The notes: a model not told the origin generated them from the sequence alone. A stretch of DNA of 63,483 bases, filler included, from Octopus bimaculoides (GCF_001194135.2; 3 parts of 3 records of this genome joined end to end with filler, not necessarily neighbours in it), one strand, 5' to 3'; shown: positions 51,399 through 63,483, counted from the first letter of the whole stretch. Program-made: numbers and translations.

Positions 51399-51429
<31 letters not shown>

Positions 51430-51454
51430 GCATATATATATATATTATAGGTAC

Positions 51455-51761
51455 AGGAGTGGCTGTGTGGTAAGTAGCTTGCTTACCAACCACATGGTTC
51501 CAGGTTCAGTCCCACTGTGTGGCACCTTGGGCAAGTGTCTTCTACTATAGCCTCCCCTTACTTATCCATTGTACCTCACAATAATAGGCAAAAGTACCAT
51601 ACTCTGCATTGATATCTTCTAAGAATTCTTTAAATTGTTGATGATTTAGTGCTTTTGACTTTACGAAGTTGACACCATGACACAACAATGGACATGACAT
51701 TTGAAAGCGTCATAAATTCTGCTGATGAATCATACAGGGAAATGCAATGATGCTGCTGAGT
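51455..51761. repeat. SINE head plus hAT fragment, copy 2, ending at an N gap
   Basis: Near-identical to 49562-49865 (3 substitutions and one 3-bp indel by eye). Confidence 0.85.
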
Positions 51762-52308
51762 NNNNNNNNNNNNNNNNNNNNNNNNNNNNNNNNNNNNNNN
51801 NNNNNNNNNNNNNNNNNNNNNNNNNNNNNNNNNNNNNNNNNNNNNNNNNNNNNNNNNNNNNNNNNNNNNNNNNNNNNNNNNNNNNNNNNNNNNNNNNNNN
51901 NNNNNNNNNNNNNNNNNNNNNNNNNNNNNNNNNNNNNNNNNNNNNNNNNNNNNNNNNNNNNNNNNNNNNNNNNNNNNNNNNNNNNNNNNNNNNNNNNNNN
52001 NNNNNNNNNNNNNNNNNNNNNNNNNNNNNNNNNNNNNNNNNNNNNNNNNNNNNNNNNNNNNNNNNNNNNNNNNNNNNNNNNNNNNNNNNNNNNNNNNNNN
52101 NNNNNNNNNNNNNNNNNNNNNNNNNNNNNNNNNNNNNNNNNNNNNNNNNNNNNNNNNNNNNNNNNNNNNNNNNNNNNNNNNNNNNNNNNNNNNNNNNNNN
52201 NNNNATATATATATATATGGGAGAATATACAAATAATAACAACAGACGAGGACAGGTGGTGTAAATAACAAAAGTATATATTAGTATGACGCTCGGGAAT
52301 ACGGAAAG

Positions 52309-52345
52309 TCTTTGACGTTTCGAGCTACGCTCTTCAACAAAAAGA
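52309..52345 (-). ncRNA. Minimal hammerhead-like motif, variant core
   Basis: Minus strand TCTTT-TTGTTGA-A-GAGC-GTA-GCTC-GAAA-CG-TC-AAAGA. All stems pair, but the core differs from CUGANGA at positions 3 and 6. Confidence 0.45.
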
Positions 52346-53493
52346 ATACATATATATATATATGTATGTATGTATGTGTGTGTATATGTTTGTGTTTGTG
52401 CTTCTCCACCAAACATCACTTGACAAACGATGCTGGAGTGTTTACATCCATATAACTTATCGGTTTGACAAAAGAGACCGATAAAATAAGTACAAAGCTT
52501 ACAAAGAATAAGTCCTGGGGTCGATTAGCTCAACTAAAGGCGGTGCTCCAGCATGGCCACAGTCAAATGACTGAAACAGGTAAAAGAGTAAAGAGAGAGT
52601 ATATGCACATGGATGTGTATGTATACGTGTATATACTTATATTCATGTGAGCATGTATTTGCATACATATTTTTGTATATTTATATACATAATCATATAC
52701 GTGTATTTGTATGCATATCTATAGTTATGTGTATATACAGAAGTAATTTTATTTTACGTGTGACTTCATTGAGCACAATCCGTGAAGTTTCTCTCCTTTC
52801 TTTTTCTTACTCGATACTTCTTGGTGTCTTGACATAGCAACCTCTTTCTCTCTTCCCTCGCTAGTTTTCTATTTCAGTTTCTTTGTCTATTTTTACTTTT
52901 TCTCTCCCTCATCCCTACGCTTAATGTACTTACCATCTCTTTCATTAGTGACAGCTGACCTGTATATGTATACACCAAGAAATTTTGTGCGCATGCATAT
53001 GTGCGTACATATATGTATTTGTATATATATTTATGTCTCACCTATATATATCTACATATGTATATAACTATGTACATGTATCTGTATATTTTAGTGTATA
53101 TATGTATATTATAGATGGTTTAGTATATGTATAAGCTGCTGAAAAATATCTATGTAATTTTTAATTTCAATTTTTAAATGGATCATCATCATCATCATCG
53201 TTTAATGTCCGTTTTCCATGCTGGCATGGGTTAGACAAAAAAAACTGTTAATATAACTGTTAATGCATTAATTCATTTATATTTTGTATATAATTATTTA
53301 CCATATATATTTAGACTCTTCCCTTCAATTTAAGGTTTTCTTAGATTTTACAAGGTGTATTTATACTGAATTTTGTTCATTGCATGCTTAAGACCATTAG
53401 TTGAAAGGACCAATGAAACAACACCATTTTCAAAAGTGTATCATTTAAACTATTTCATGTTTGATTATATCATCACTTCTGTTCCGTTCTAAC

Positions 53494-53539
53494 AAAACTC
53501 TCCGACGAATGGGAAAGTGAAACTCTGAGTAACAGTTTT
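53494..53539 (+). ncRNA. Degenerate hammerhead-like motif
   Basis: AAAACTCT-CCGACGA-(10 nt)-GAAA-CTCTGAG-TA-ACAGTTTT. Stem I pairs at 7/8, the core has U4C and stem II is not intact. Confidence 0.4.
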
Positions 53540-53771
53540 TGTGATATTACTGGTGTTTTTTAATAAAGCATATTACTCTACCTCTGGTATTTGAGTACTC
53601 TTTTTTTCCATCTTGTTCCACATTTATGTGCTTATTCTGGTATATATATATGCATATGTATATATATATATCTTTATATATATATATATCTATATATATG
53701 TCTATATATATATATATATATGTCTATATATATATATATATATATATGTCTATATATATATATATATATAT

Positions 53772-53871
53772 NNNNNNNNNNNNNNNNNNNNNNNNNNNNN
53801 NNNNNNNNNNNNNNNTTAATTAATTAANNNNNNNNNNNNNNNNNNNNNNNNNNNNNNNNNNNNNNNNNNNN
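53772..53871. other. Artificial 100-bp scaffold-joining spacer
   Basis: 44 N + TTAATTAATTAA + 44 N, identical to 24034-24133. Confidence 0.95.
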
Positions 53872-54418
53872 ATATATATATATATACATGTATATATTCA
53901 TATAAATATATATATATATATATACAGATCATCATCATCATCATCGTTTAACATCTGCTTTCCATACTAGCATGGGTTGGACAATTTGATTGAGGACTGG
54001 CGAACCAGATGGCTGCACCAGGCTCTAATCTGATCTGGCAGAGTTTCTACTGCTGGATGTCCTTCCTAACGCCAACCACTCTGAGAGTGTAGTGGATGCT
54101 TTCACATGCCACCGGCACAAGAGCCAGTTAGGTGGTACTGGCAATGGCCACGCTCAAAATGGTGTATTTTACGTGCCACCTGCACAGGAGCCAGTCCAGC
54201 GTCACTGGCAATAACCTAGCTCGAATGTTTTTTCACGTACCATTGGCACAAATGCCAGTAAGGTGACGCTGGTATCGATCTCGCTCCAGTGGTGCCATTT
54301 ACATGCCACTGAAGCCAGACAGCTGCTCTGGCAATGATCACACTCGGACGGTGCCGTTAGCGCTCCACTGGCACAGGTGCCAGTCATCTCTCTAACCTTA
54401 ATTTATTTTCTCTTATTA

Positions 54419-54454
54419 CTTTCTGTTGAAGAGCGTAGGCTTGAAACGTAGAAG
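54419..54454 (+). ncRNA. Minimal hammerhead-like motif, same repeat family as 52309-52345
   Basis: CTTT-CTGTTGA-A-GAGC-GTAG-GCTT-GAAA-CG-TA-GAAG, with U at core position 6. Confidence 0.5.
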
Positions 54455-54520
54455 ACTTTCTCACTTTTCCGAGTGTCAAGCTATTACACCTCCTTGTTGT
54501 TCATACACCTGTCTTCGTCT

Positions 54521-54559
<39 letters not shown>

Positions 54560-55177
54560 TATATATATATATGTGTGTGTGTGCATGTATGTGTATATAT
54601 ATATATATATGTGTGCGTGTATATACATGGCCGCAGCTCTGAGCTGAAACTTTAAAAATAAAAAAAAACAAAAAAAAACATGTGCATGTATGTGTGTATA
54701 TATATATGTGTGTGTGTGTGTGTACTATATTTCTGTTGAAACACATTACCTTTGTTACAATTAATTGAAAACAATGTGAATAAATAAGTATAATTTTTTA
54801 CAGATTAATGTGACATACCCATAAAAAAATTATTCGTTGTTAGTGATTTCATACTTACTGGCTAAAGTGAGAGTTTTCTCAGCAGCAGGCCACTGTAAAA
54901 ATTGCATTTTTGTAAGTCAAATATGCCTAAAACTTATTTGAACTGATTTTAATCCTCAACACTGTTTTCACATGCCTACTACATACAAACACACACACAT
55001 CTTTGCTCTGTTCCTTGTTAATTGTGAGTATACCCTGGCACTTAACCATCTCTCACCTGTTCTTTCTTTCTCTCTCTCTTTCCTTTACTCTTCCCTCTGG
55101 CTGGGTGGCCACACATCTATTTCTGCCCTCATTCTTGGTCATTCTCTCTCTCTCACTGGGTACCTATGTACCTCCTC

Positions 55178-55425
55178 TATAGCAAGACCCCTATTTCTTC
55201 CTCCCTATTTCTCTATCACACTCTAGCCTTTCATCTGATACTGGATCACCTCCTCCAATGCACCCTTCATTATAGCAAGACCCCTATTTCTTCCTCCCTA
55301 TTTCTCTATCACACTCTAACCTTTCATCTGATATTGGATCACCTCCTTCAATTCCTCCTCCGTTATAGTAAGACACCTGTTTCTGCCTCTCTGTCTCTTT
55401 GTCACCCTCTAACCTTTCATCCTCT
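55178..55425. repeat. 93-bp tandem repeat, about 2.7 units
   Basis: 'tatag(c/t)aagac' recurs at 55178, 55271 and 55364. Units 1 and 2 are closely similar; unit 3 is more diverged. Confidence 0.85.
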
Positions 55426-56113
55426 GACACGAGTTCCCATTCTCAAATGCCCCCCTGCTCCTCTCATAATCCCTTGTCTTGCGAGTTACTAGGTAACCCT
55501 GTCAGTGCTGGTGCCATGTAAAAAGCATCCCAGTCCACACTGTAAAATGGTTGGCATTTGGAAGGGTATCCAGCAGTAAAAATCAAGTCAAAACTAACCC
55601 CATCTGTGCTAGTACCATGTAAAAGGCATGAAGTCCACCCTGCAAAGTGGCTGGTGATAGGAAGAGCATCTAACCATAAAAACCCTGTCAAAACAGACAC
55701 AGTAGCAAAGGGTAGTTTTGCTACCTGACTTTAAAACAGGAAGTTAGTATCATAGAACCAGGACAGTCACAGGTGAGTTGGTTTCGAAAGGGAGAGGTTT
55801 CTTTGCATAAATGATTTTTCTCCCCTCTTCATACACCAGTGAAACCATAAGAGCAAAGAAAAATATTTCGTTTTGGAAAGTTGGTCGAAAATCAGGGTAT
55901 TTATAAACGGTTACAAGTGTCAAATAATTATATATGTGTGTGTGTGTTGTTCGTGTAGTTTAGCCCCAGGTCAACTCTGACTAAGCCAGAACTGTGATCT
56001 CAGGAGTTCCAACAATAGCCATTCCGCGTCTCAGGTATATCTAGAGAAACATTGACTAATTTGCCTTCATTTAGAATTAGTATGGCTACGACCAAGTGGA
56101 ATCATACACACAT

Positions 56114-56164
<51 letters not shown>

Positions 56165-56627
56165 NNNNNNNNNNNNNNNNNNNNNNNNNNNNNNNNNNNN
56201 NNNNNNNNNNNNNNNNNNNNNNNNNNNNNNNNNNNNNNNNNNNNNNNNNNNNNNNNNNNNNNNNNNNNNNNNNNNNNNNNNNNNNNNNNNNNNNNNNNNN
56301 NNNNNNNNNNNNNNNNNNNNNNNNNNNNNNNNNNNNNNNNNNNNNNNNNNNNNNNNNNNNNNNNNNNNNNNNNNNNNNNNNNNNNNNNNNNNNNNNNNNN
56401 NNNNNNNNNNNNNNNNNNNNNNNNNNNNNNNNNNNNNNNNNNNNNNNNNNNNNNNNNNNNNNNNNNNNNNNNNNNNNNNNNNNNNNNNNNNNNNNNNNNN
56501 NNNNNNNNNNNNNNNNNNNNNNNNNNNNNNNNNNNNNNNNNNNNNNNNNNNNNNNNNNNNNNNNNNNNNNNNNNNNNNNNNNNNNNNNNNNNNNNNNNNN
56601 NNNNNNNNNNNNNNNNNNNNNNNNNNN

Positions 56628-56661
<34 letters not shown>

Positions 56662-57589
56662 CTTTGGGGTTTGGTACAACGATCGAAGAGAAAGGGTTTT
56701 GAAATAAAACTGCAATTATCAAAAGCAGGAGTTAAAAAAAGAAAAAAAAACTCTCAATTATGTATTCAGTGGATTATCATACCTAGGTAAAAGATTAAAA
56801 AAAAAAATACACAGCAGCATTTTACATGTGTGCATATTATAAATATATGTCTTTATAGACACATATACAGAGAAAATAGATTAATTTTTGGGATTCTGCT
56901 TACCAAATCATGACGAGAAGGGAATTTGAGACATTTCAGATTTCGATCTTAAAAGGGTTGAGAAGAAGAAAAGTTTTTCTCAGTTATCACATTGCGTTGC
57001 GTCTATTTAGCAGGTTGTGAATTGATGGAAAAGGGTCAGCATTGGTAAAGAGACAAACAAAATAGAGAGGGAAGAGTCAGAACTGCTTTGAAATGAAATA
57101 AAACAGCAGTTTTAGTGGGGGTTTTTGTGTCTTTAAATGACACGAAACTGACATTGGTGGATGTCAACAAAAGGGAGACAACTGCTTATTGCTTGACACA
57201 AAAGAGTTCTCATAGTGGATTTTCCCAAATGCAGATATTTCCCCCTTTTATGATATTTTTTCTTTTATTTCAGGCTTACTTTCCTGTAAACGTATGGAAA
57301 AAATTTTGAAGAACCATATTTTCCATTCTGTACTTGTTCACAAACTATCTGTTTCATGTATTTTATGTTATTCTGGAGTAGACGGAAAGTTCCGGGTGTT
57401 TTTTTCTTCGACAATAGAGATCCTTCTAACCATATTGTAATATTTTTTCTCTTTACTTTCTGACTTCAAATCTAGCTAAAGGTAACTTTGCTTTCATTCT
57501 TCCTGGATTAATAAGATAAAGCTCTAGTCAAATGCTAAGGGTCAATGTAATCGATTTACAGTCTCCCCTATAAATTGCTTCCAGCAAAA

Positions 57590-58480
57590 AAATCACTTTC
57601 TGTTGTCAAGGAAGCTTGCAAATTCACAAGGGAACTCGGCATTAACCCTGAATTAGATGAAGAACATGAAACTTCTGCCACCAAACAAGCAAAACGGACC
57701 AAACAGAACGCAAAAGAGAACGGATAGAAACAAATTGAGGAACAGTGGAGTCAGGAGCCTCTGCATGGACAGTATATACTTCGAAGTCGAAATGCTGATA
57801 TAGACCAAGCAACAATCCATCTGTGGCTGAGACGCCCAGGACTGAAAGCAGAGACTGACGGTTTCATATTAGCGGTACAAGACCAAAGCTTGCTTACCAA
57901 AATCAACCATGCTAACATTCTTCAAAACGGATCTGAGCCTAAATGCAGATTCTGCGATATATTTGACGAAAAAATAGACCATCTCGTCTCGAAATTTCCA
58001 GTGCTGAAACCAAACGACTACAAAAATCACCACGATAGGGTAGGACAGTACTTACATTCGAAATATGTAAGCACTACAAAATCGGCACTCCTGCTTACTG
58101 GTATGAACATCATCCTGAGCCAGTCGTTGAAGGTAAAAATGTCACCATCCTCTGGGGTTTTCCAGTCAATATCGACAGAAAGAATCAGGATAATCGACCA
58201 GATTAAAGATAGGGAAGAAAATATTTATAGACTAATAGATGTAAGTATTCCCACTGATAAAAATGTCTGTAAAAGGATTTGACAAATTAAGTAGATATAA
58301 GGACCTGGAAATTGAAATACAAAAGATGTAGCATCTTAAATCGAGAACTGTCCCTGTTGTTGCCCTAAGTATGGTAAGAAAGGGACAATACAAAGCGAGT
58401 GGGATTGGAACGTATGAATAAAGAAAAACAATAAAAGGTATAACAAGTAAAATCCCCCAAAGAGGGAGACTTTCAAGGGC
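57590..58480 (+). mobile_element. R4/Dong-clade LINE C-terminal region (CCHC finger and REL endonuclease)
   Basis: 'PLHGQY', 'LKAETDGFILAVQDQSL', 'CRFC...IDHLVS', 'HDRVGQYLH' and 'LIDVSIP.D'. Confidence 0.85.
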
Positions 58481-58559
58481 CACTTGCGGAAACCTCATAA
58501 AAATCACGATCATCCTGACCCCTAAAGCAAATGCACTCTGCCCTTCGTCCAACCTTGAT

Positions 58560-59510
58560 CTAAAGCCACATGTTTATAATAGGCCCAGTCATTCGCGTTA
58601 CATTCACCCACCTTTTGACAAAATTGCTGGGAGGCAGCACTTTCTTCACTATCCTCACTTTCCATTTCAAGGGGAACTTGAAAAAGTTAAGGATTTGGCC
58701 AAAGAGGACAGTGTCTGTCTTCAGCCCTTTCAACCTGGTCCACCACACAACCTCTTCCGCTAAGACCACCAGACAAAGAAACACTGCTTGCCCTTCCCGG
58801 CCGAGTGGAGGTAACAGGGCGATCTTCATGATGGACTCATTCGATAGTCGGATAGACAGGCCCGGCCAACGGCACTTCCATGCCTGTAGAGTTTATCCCG
58901 AACGGGTAATGCCCTTGGGTGGCACTGTCGAGCCAGAGATTTTTGGAAAGCCCAGACATGCCAACTCATTCTCATCGACGCCCAGAGTCTCCCCAATAAC
59001 GTCGTCACACTTGCCCGCTATTAATCCTCTATTAATTCCAGCGACACCATTGTCCGACTGAAAGACTGTGAGCACCTGACGATACTCTAGGTGCCAGGAT
59101 ACACTTGATCAAGGTGTATAGCTCAGATAAAGAGTCGAGCTGTGGAAAATCGTGTCTGACAAACGGCGACCACACCTGCTCGCCGTCTTGGATGTACTGG
59201 AGTTGTCGCAGCCTCAGTTCATGTCTGCGTATCAGCAGTCACGACATGCCCAGCCCTCCATTCAATGAGTGCTGACAGCAAATGGAACGCCTGACCAGTG
59301 GAACGTGCCCCCTTCCACAGAAAGCGGTAAAGTTTGCGCTCCAGTTTGGTCAGATGTGAAGTGGGGCAAGGCCTGACAGTCAGGCGATAATACATGATGA
59401 AGATGTATACATTCACCATCTCAGCCTGACCTTTCAAGGATAGCTTTCTGTCGGCCCATTTTTCGGTGAGATTGGCCACTCTGCTTGTCACCTCATCCCA
59501 ATTCTTCTTC
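58560..59510 (-). mobile_element. Tx1/L1-clade LINE 3' fragment, related to 1157-1792
   Basis: 'DRKLSLKGQAE', 'RGLIAGKCDDVIGETLGVDENEL', 'ALPVRDKLYRHG' and 'EEVVWWTRLKG'. Confidence 0.85.
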
Positions 59511-59574
59511 TAGAGAAAGCGGCAAGCTGGTAGAAATGTTAGCATGTCGGGCGAAATGCTTAGCGGTATTTGGT

Positions 59575-59960
59575 GAATGTCATGCACGAATAGCTGCGCA
59601 ACTCAACACCTTGTTGAATGCCGACCAAGTAACACCAAAGTGGTTGACATTGGCTAGGACAGTGCTGTGCTTGAAAAACATCGAAAAAGGCAATGCGGTA
59701 GACAATTACAGGCCGATATCCTGTTTGCCACATATGTGGAAATTATTGACTGGAACACTCGCAGAGTCAATGTACGAACATCTGGAAAAAATGGAGTCCT
59801 GCCACATGAGCAGAAGCGTTACAAGCGTAAATGCTGAGGTACCAAGGATCAATTCCTGATAAACAAAACTGTACTTAGAGACTGCAAGAGGAGGAAAAGC
59901 AATTTAGCCATGTCATGGATCGACTATCGTAAGGTGTACGATATAATCCCACATTCTAGT
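59575..59960 (+). mobile_element. R4/Dong-clade RT N-terminal fragment, preceded by a SINE B head
   Basis: '[10 protein letters not shown]', '[17 protein letters not shown]' and '[13 protein letters not shown]'. Confidence 0.8.
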
Positions 59961-62429
59961 TTCGAAGGGTGTATTTTAATGTAGTTATCTTTCCATGATA
60001 TAGAAACCTTTATTCTCGCCTAGAGCGACAACAGACAAAAGATTCAATCGAGAGAATTCTGAAAGTGCACAAACATACGTACATACTCACATGCACACAG
60101 ATGAGTATGCTCACATACAAACACGCACGGGCATACACATATTCAGCTATTCCATAACTTAAACTTAAAAAGAAAACACACCCTTGGTTTACACCAATTC
60201 TATAAACGGGGACCTTAAAAACATATTTCAGTGACGCCATGATATCCAATCCCCTGCAAAAGCACCAGCAGCACATTCATTACACAAAGGAAATAGTTTC
60301 GTAACATACTACGTTCTCCCCTCTTATTAAAACATGTAGGTAAAAAAGTTGCATAAAAGCTGCTTCGTGTAGGAAAAGGTTATTGAGAGACGAATAGGAA
60401 TATTAAGGACGAGAAAGTCGGTGATGTACAAAAGAAAGGAGAAAATAATCAAACTCTAATGGGGTTGATAGTGTGAGTGAAAGAGAGTTTTGTCTAACAA
60501 CGCAGTTTAGTTGTTAGAGTACCACTGACAAGAATATTAATATTGCACAGTGCTACAGATAACAGATTTACAAAAACAAATCAGTGCTTCTCTGACTATC
60601 ATGACTTCTCTGACTAACCATATCAAGATTATAAGCAACCAAAATAGTAATTTTATATTTTAGACCAAAATACTTAGAAAAATTAAAGGGAGGTAACCCA
60701 GATTAATTAATGTAGTTGTTTCCCTTTAACGATATCGAAGTTTCGACTCAAAATAATTCTGGACAAGCAATCTTAATTCTCTAAACAAGGTATTAACAGT
60801 AACTGCACGATAAAGTGAAGTATATTGCCACTTAAATGTGGCTGACAGNNNNNNNNNNNNNNNNNNNNNNNNNNNNNNNNNNNNNNNNNNNNNNNNNNNN
60901 NNNNNNNNNNNNNNNNNNNNNNNNNNNNNNNNNNNNNNNNNNNNNNNNNNNNNNNNNNNNNNNNNNNNNNNNNNNNNNNNNNNNNNNNNNNNNNNNNNNN
61001 NNNNNNNNNNNNNNNNNNNNNNNNNNNNNNNNNNNNNNNNNNNNNNNNNNNNNNNNNNNNNNNNNNNNNNNNNNNNNNNNNNNNNNNNNNNNNNNNNNNN
61101 NNNNNNNNNNNNNNNNNNNNNNNNNNNNNNNNNNNNNNNNNNNNNNNNNNNNNNNNNNNNNNNNNNNNNNNNNNNNNNNNNNNNNNNNNNNNNNNNNNNA
61201 AACAAGGTATTAACAGTAACTGCACGATAAAGTGAAGTATATTGCCACTTAAATGTGGCTGACAGTTTTGTAAAAACAAATTTAATGAGTATGTGTGTTT
61301 AAGTGTGTGAGCATGTTAGTGTGTGTGTTTGTATGTATGTATGTATCCTCATCAGCAAGTATATGTTTGTATGTGCTTTCAAGATTCTTTCGATTTCGTT
61401 CTCTGGAAGTAGTCGCCAAGTTATATTTCAGACGAGAATCAGGGAATTACTGTAGTGTTTTTTCTTTGTATATATGTATATATTTTTGTGAATTTTAATA
61501 TCTTCTGACCGTTGTCTTCAAGCTTGTCTTAGCACGAACAGGAATTCGACCATGAAATCGAGTTATTCTCCTTGGCTTGATTGTTGTCTTATTAGGAACT
61601 AGCTTAAAAGCCGCAGTCTCAAGTTCAATTCCAACTGTTGGCCAATTTGTCCCAAAGTTCTTATCTCGACATAAAATTAACGAAGCGAATGTCATTTATC
61701 TCCCCCTTGGTCTCTGACGTCATCTGACAAATGCCAACCAAGATAGCGTGAATCAGCCAAGCTTTACCCGCTAGAAATAGCAACCCAAATGTTTTTAAAT
61801 CAGATCCCAATGCTAGATGTTCAAGAACCAAATGAAAGGCAGATTTTCAAATCCTGGGGTCATCTTGATTCCAAAATGGTATAATATGTCTATGTAGAGC
61901 AAATGTAGGCTGAGGTTCCGGGGTCCCAGACAGACAGACAGAACTTCGCTTCTTTCGCAAAAGAAGTCAATCTTATTAGTACAAGATAACCAGTATTCTT
62001 CATCTTGCTTCAACTCTCGTAATTCTGTTGTGTCTGGGGAGAGTCATTCTCTTTTGGTGCCTTATAATTTAACGCACTTACCGGTAAAATTTCCACTTAT
62101 TTCTTTTTTTATTTTTCTAAAATTTTCGTTGCGTCTTGCAACCTTTTCAATAGTTTTGACTCTCGGCAATGGCTTTGACTCTCCGTTTTCTTTGTATTAC
62201 ATATGAGTGTGTTTTTGTGTTTGCTTCTCCGCTGCTTGTCAACCGTTGTCGGTTTGCTTACATCCCCGTAACTCGGGACAAAGAGGGCAATAAGATAAGA
62301 ACGAGCACTAAAAATAATATGTACTGGGCTCGATTCGTTCGTCTAAAACTCTTTGAGATGGTGCCCCAGTATGACCGCATTCCAATGACTAAAACAAGTA
62401 AAAGATAAACGGTACAACCATAAACATAT

Positions 62430-62466
<37 letters not shown>

Positions 62467-62599
62467 TATTTTATTCATGAAAAATTCTCTTTTAAAAACT
62501 AGAAAATAAAAAAAAACCCAATTACTCCTAAAGTTAAGAAACACCAAAGCAAAGCCGAGTGAAAACTGACAATTTCCAATCACTGACGTCACCGTGTCG

Positions 62600-63240
62600 C
62601 CGTAGCAGCACTACTCTGACTCTCCTTCCTTTTCTTTCTCCTCCTCCTCCACCATCGTCACCGTTATTACAACTACTGCTACTGCAACCACCACCATCAC
62701 TACTACTACTACTACTACTACTACTAAAGTGCTCCTAGTTTGATTGACACGAACACCCACCGGCCCACACAATACTCCCCTCACAATCGCCAAATTCCTC
62801 AACTTTCCAATTCTATCATTCTCTAGAGCTACCACATCCGTCTTACTTCCAACGTTGGAACTATTGTTTTGTTGTTTGCGAGCTAAACTTTTTAAATCTT
62901 TCATGACGACGACTACTACCATCACCATCACCACCACCACCAACAACAACAACAACAACAGCAATAACATGATCATGTTCATAGCGATGATGATCATCCA
63001 CCAAATCCACCAGCACCATTGCAAATACCACCATCATCATAGCCACTACCACAACCACCCCCTCCGTCATCATCATCACCATCTTAGCAATCATTATAGC
63101 AATCATCGTTATCATTATCGTCGTCATCATCATCATCATCGCAATTATCGTCATTGTCGTCGTCATCTTCGTCCTCGACCGCAACAACAGCAACGACAAC
63201 AAATCAGTGATAATTATGACAAACGAATGCCTTGCTCCTA
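62600..63240. repeat. Compound trinucleotide microsatellite region (ACT/ACC/AAC/ATC)
   Basis: Runs of the triplets are read directly. Confidence 0.9.
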
Positions 63241-63339
63241 AATTACCATCTCCAAGCTGAAGGCAGTGTGTAAATATAGAACTATTGGTAAGTTATTGAT
63301 CAATTCCTTTAGTTTAGAAGAATGACTAACGAGGTAAAA

Positions 63340-63390
63340 CAGACAGACAGACAGACAGACAGACATAGATAGACAGATAAATAGATAACG

Positions 63391-63465
<75 letters not shown>

Positions 63466-63480
63466 CAGCTAGATAAATAC
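63340..63480. repeat. (GACA)n(GATA)n microsatellite
   Basis: Read directly. Confidence 0.95.
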
Positions 63481-63483
63481 ATT

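Noticed and set aside
214-56722. Long ORFs rich in X, YI, CV, HT or ER residues
   Set aside because: They arise from N gaps and dinucleotide or tetranucleotide microsatellites, not coding sequence.
60783-61265. Exact 66-bp direct repeat at 60783-60848 and 61200-61265
   Set aside because: The copies sit on either side of an N gap, typical of an unmerged contig overlap.
61495-62013. Two 66-aa minus ORFs with ordinary composition
   Set aside because: No recognisable domain or clear splice signals, and they are interspersed with repeats.
62611-63241. His-rich, Asn-rich and Val-rich ORFs
   Set aside because: They are translations of compound trinucleotide microsatellites.

Overview
Repeat-saturated eukaryotic DNA. 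The SINE families, AT richness and dense (TA)n/(CA)n/(TATG)n microsatellites resemble an octopus (cephalopod) genome; this is inference, not a database result. Two identical artificial spacers (44 N + TTAATTAATTAA + 44 N, at 24034-24133 and 53772-53871) show the window is three joined scaffolds, so adjacency across them is unproven. I can support only two host-gene exons, neither with visible partner exons: a plus-strand SH3-domain exon (17837-17943, CD2AP/SH3KBP1-like) and a minus-strand stem-region exon of a GALNT10/GALNTL6-like GalNAc-transferase (37234-37318). The rest is decayed transposable elements: Tx1/L1, RTE, RTE-BovB-like and R4/Dong LINEs, Gypsy, Tc1, mariner, Tigger, hAT, piggyBac-type MITEs, Helitrons, Penelope remnants and tRNA-derived SINEs. 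The best unannotated structure is (i) a four-tier nested insertion at 8245-17584 (Tc1 > Gypsy > hAT Buster > RTE/SINEs), rebuilt from target-site duplications and rejoined reading frames, (ii) five minimal type I hammerhead-ribozyme-like motifs in Penelope-type repeats, and (iii) a 77-nt hairpin with G:U-biased mismatches. I found no evidence of a novel protein-coding system. Most long ORFs in the supplied track are microsatellite or N-gap artefacts. Boundaries of decayed elements are approximate unless termini are quoted.
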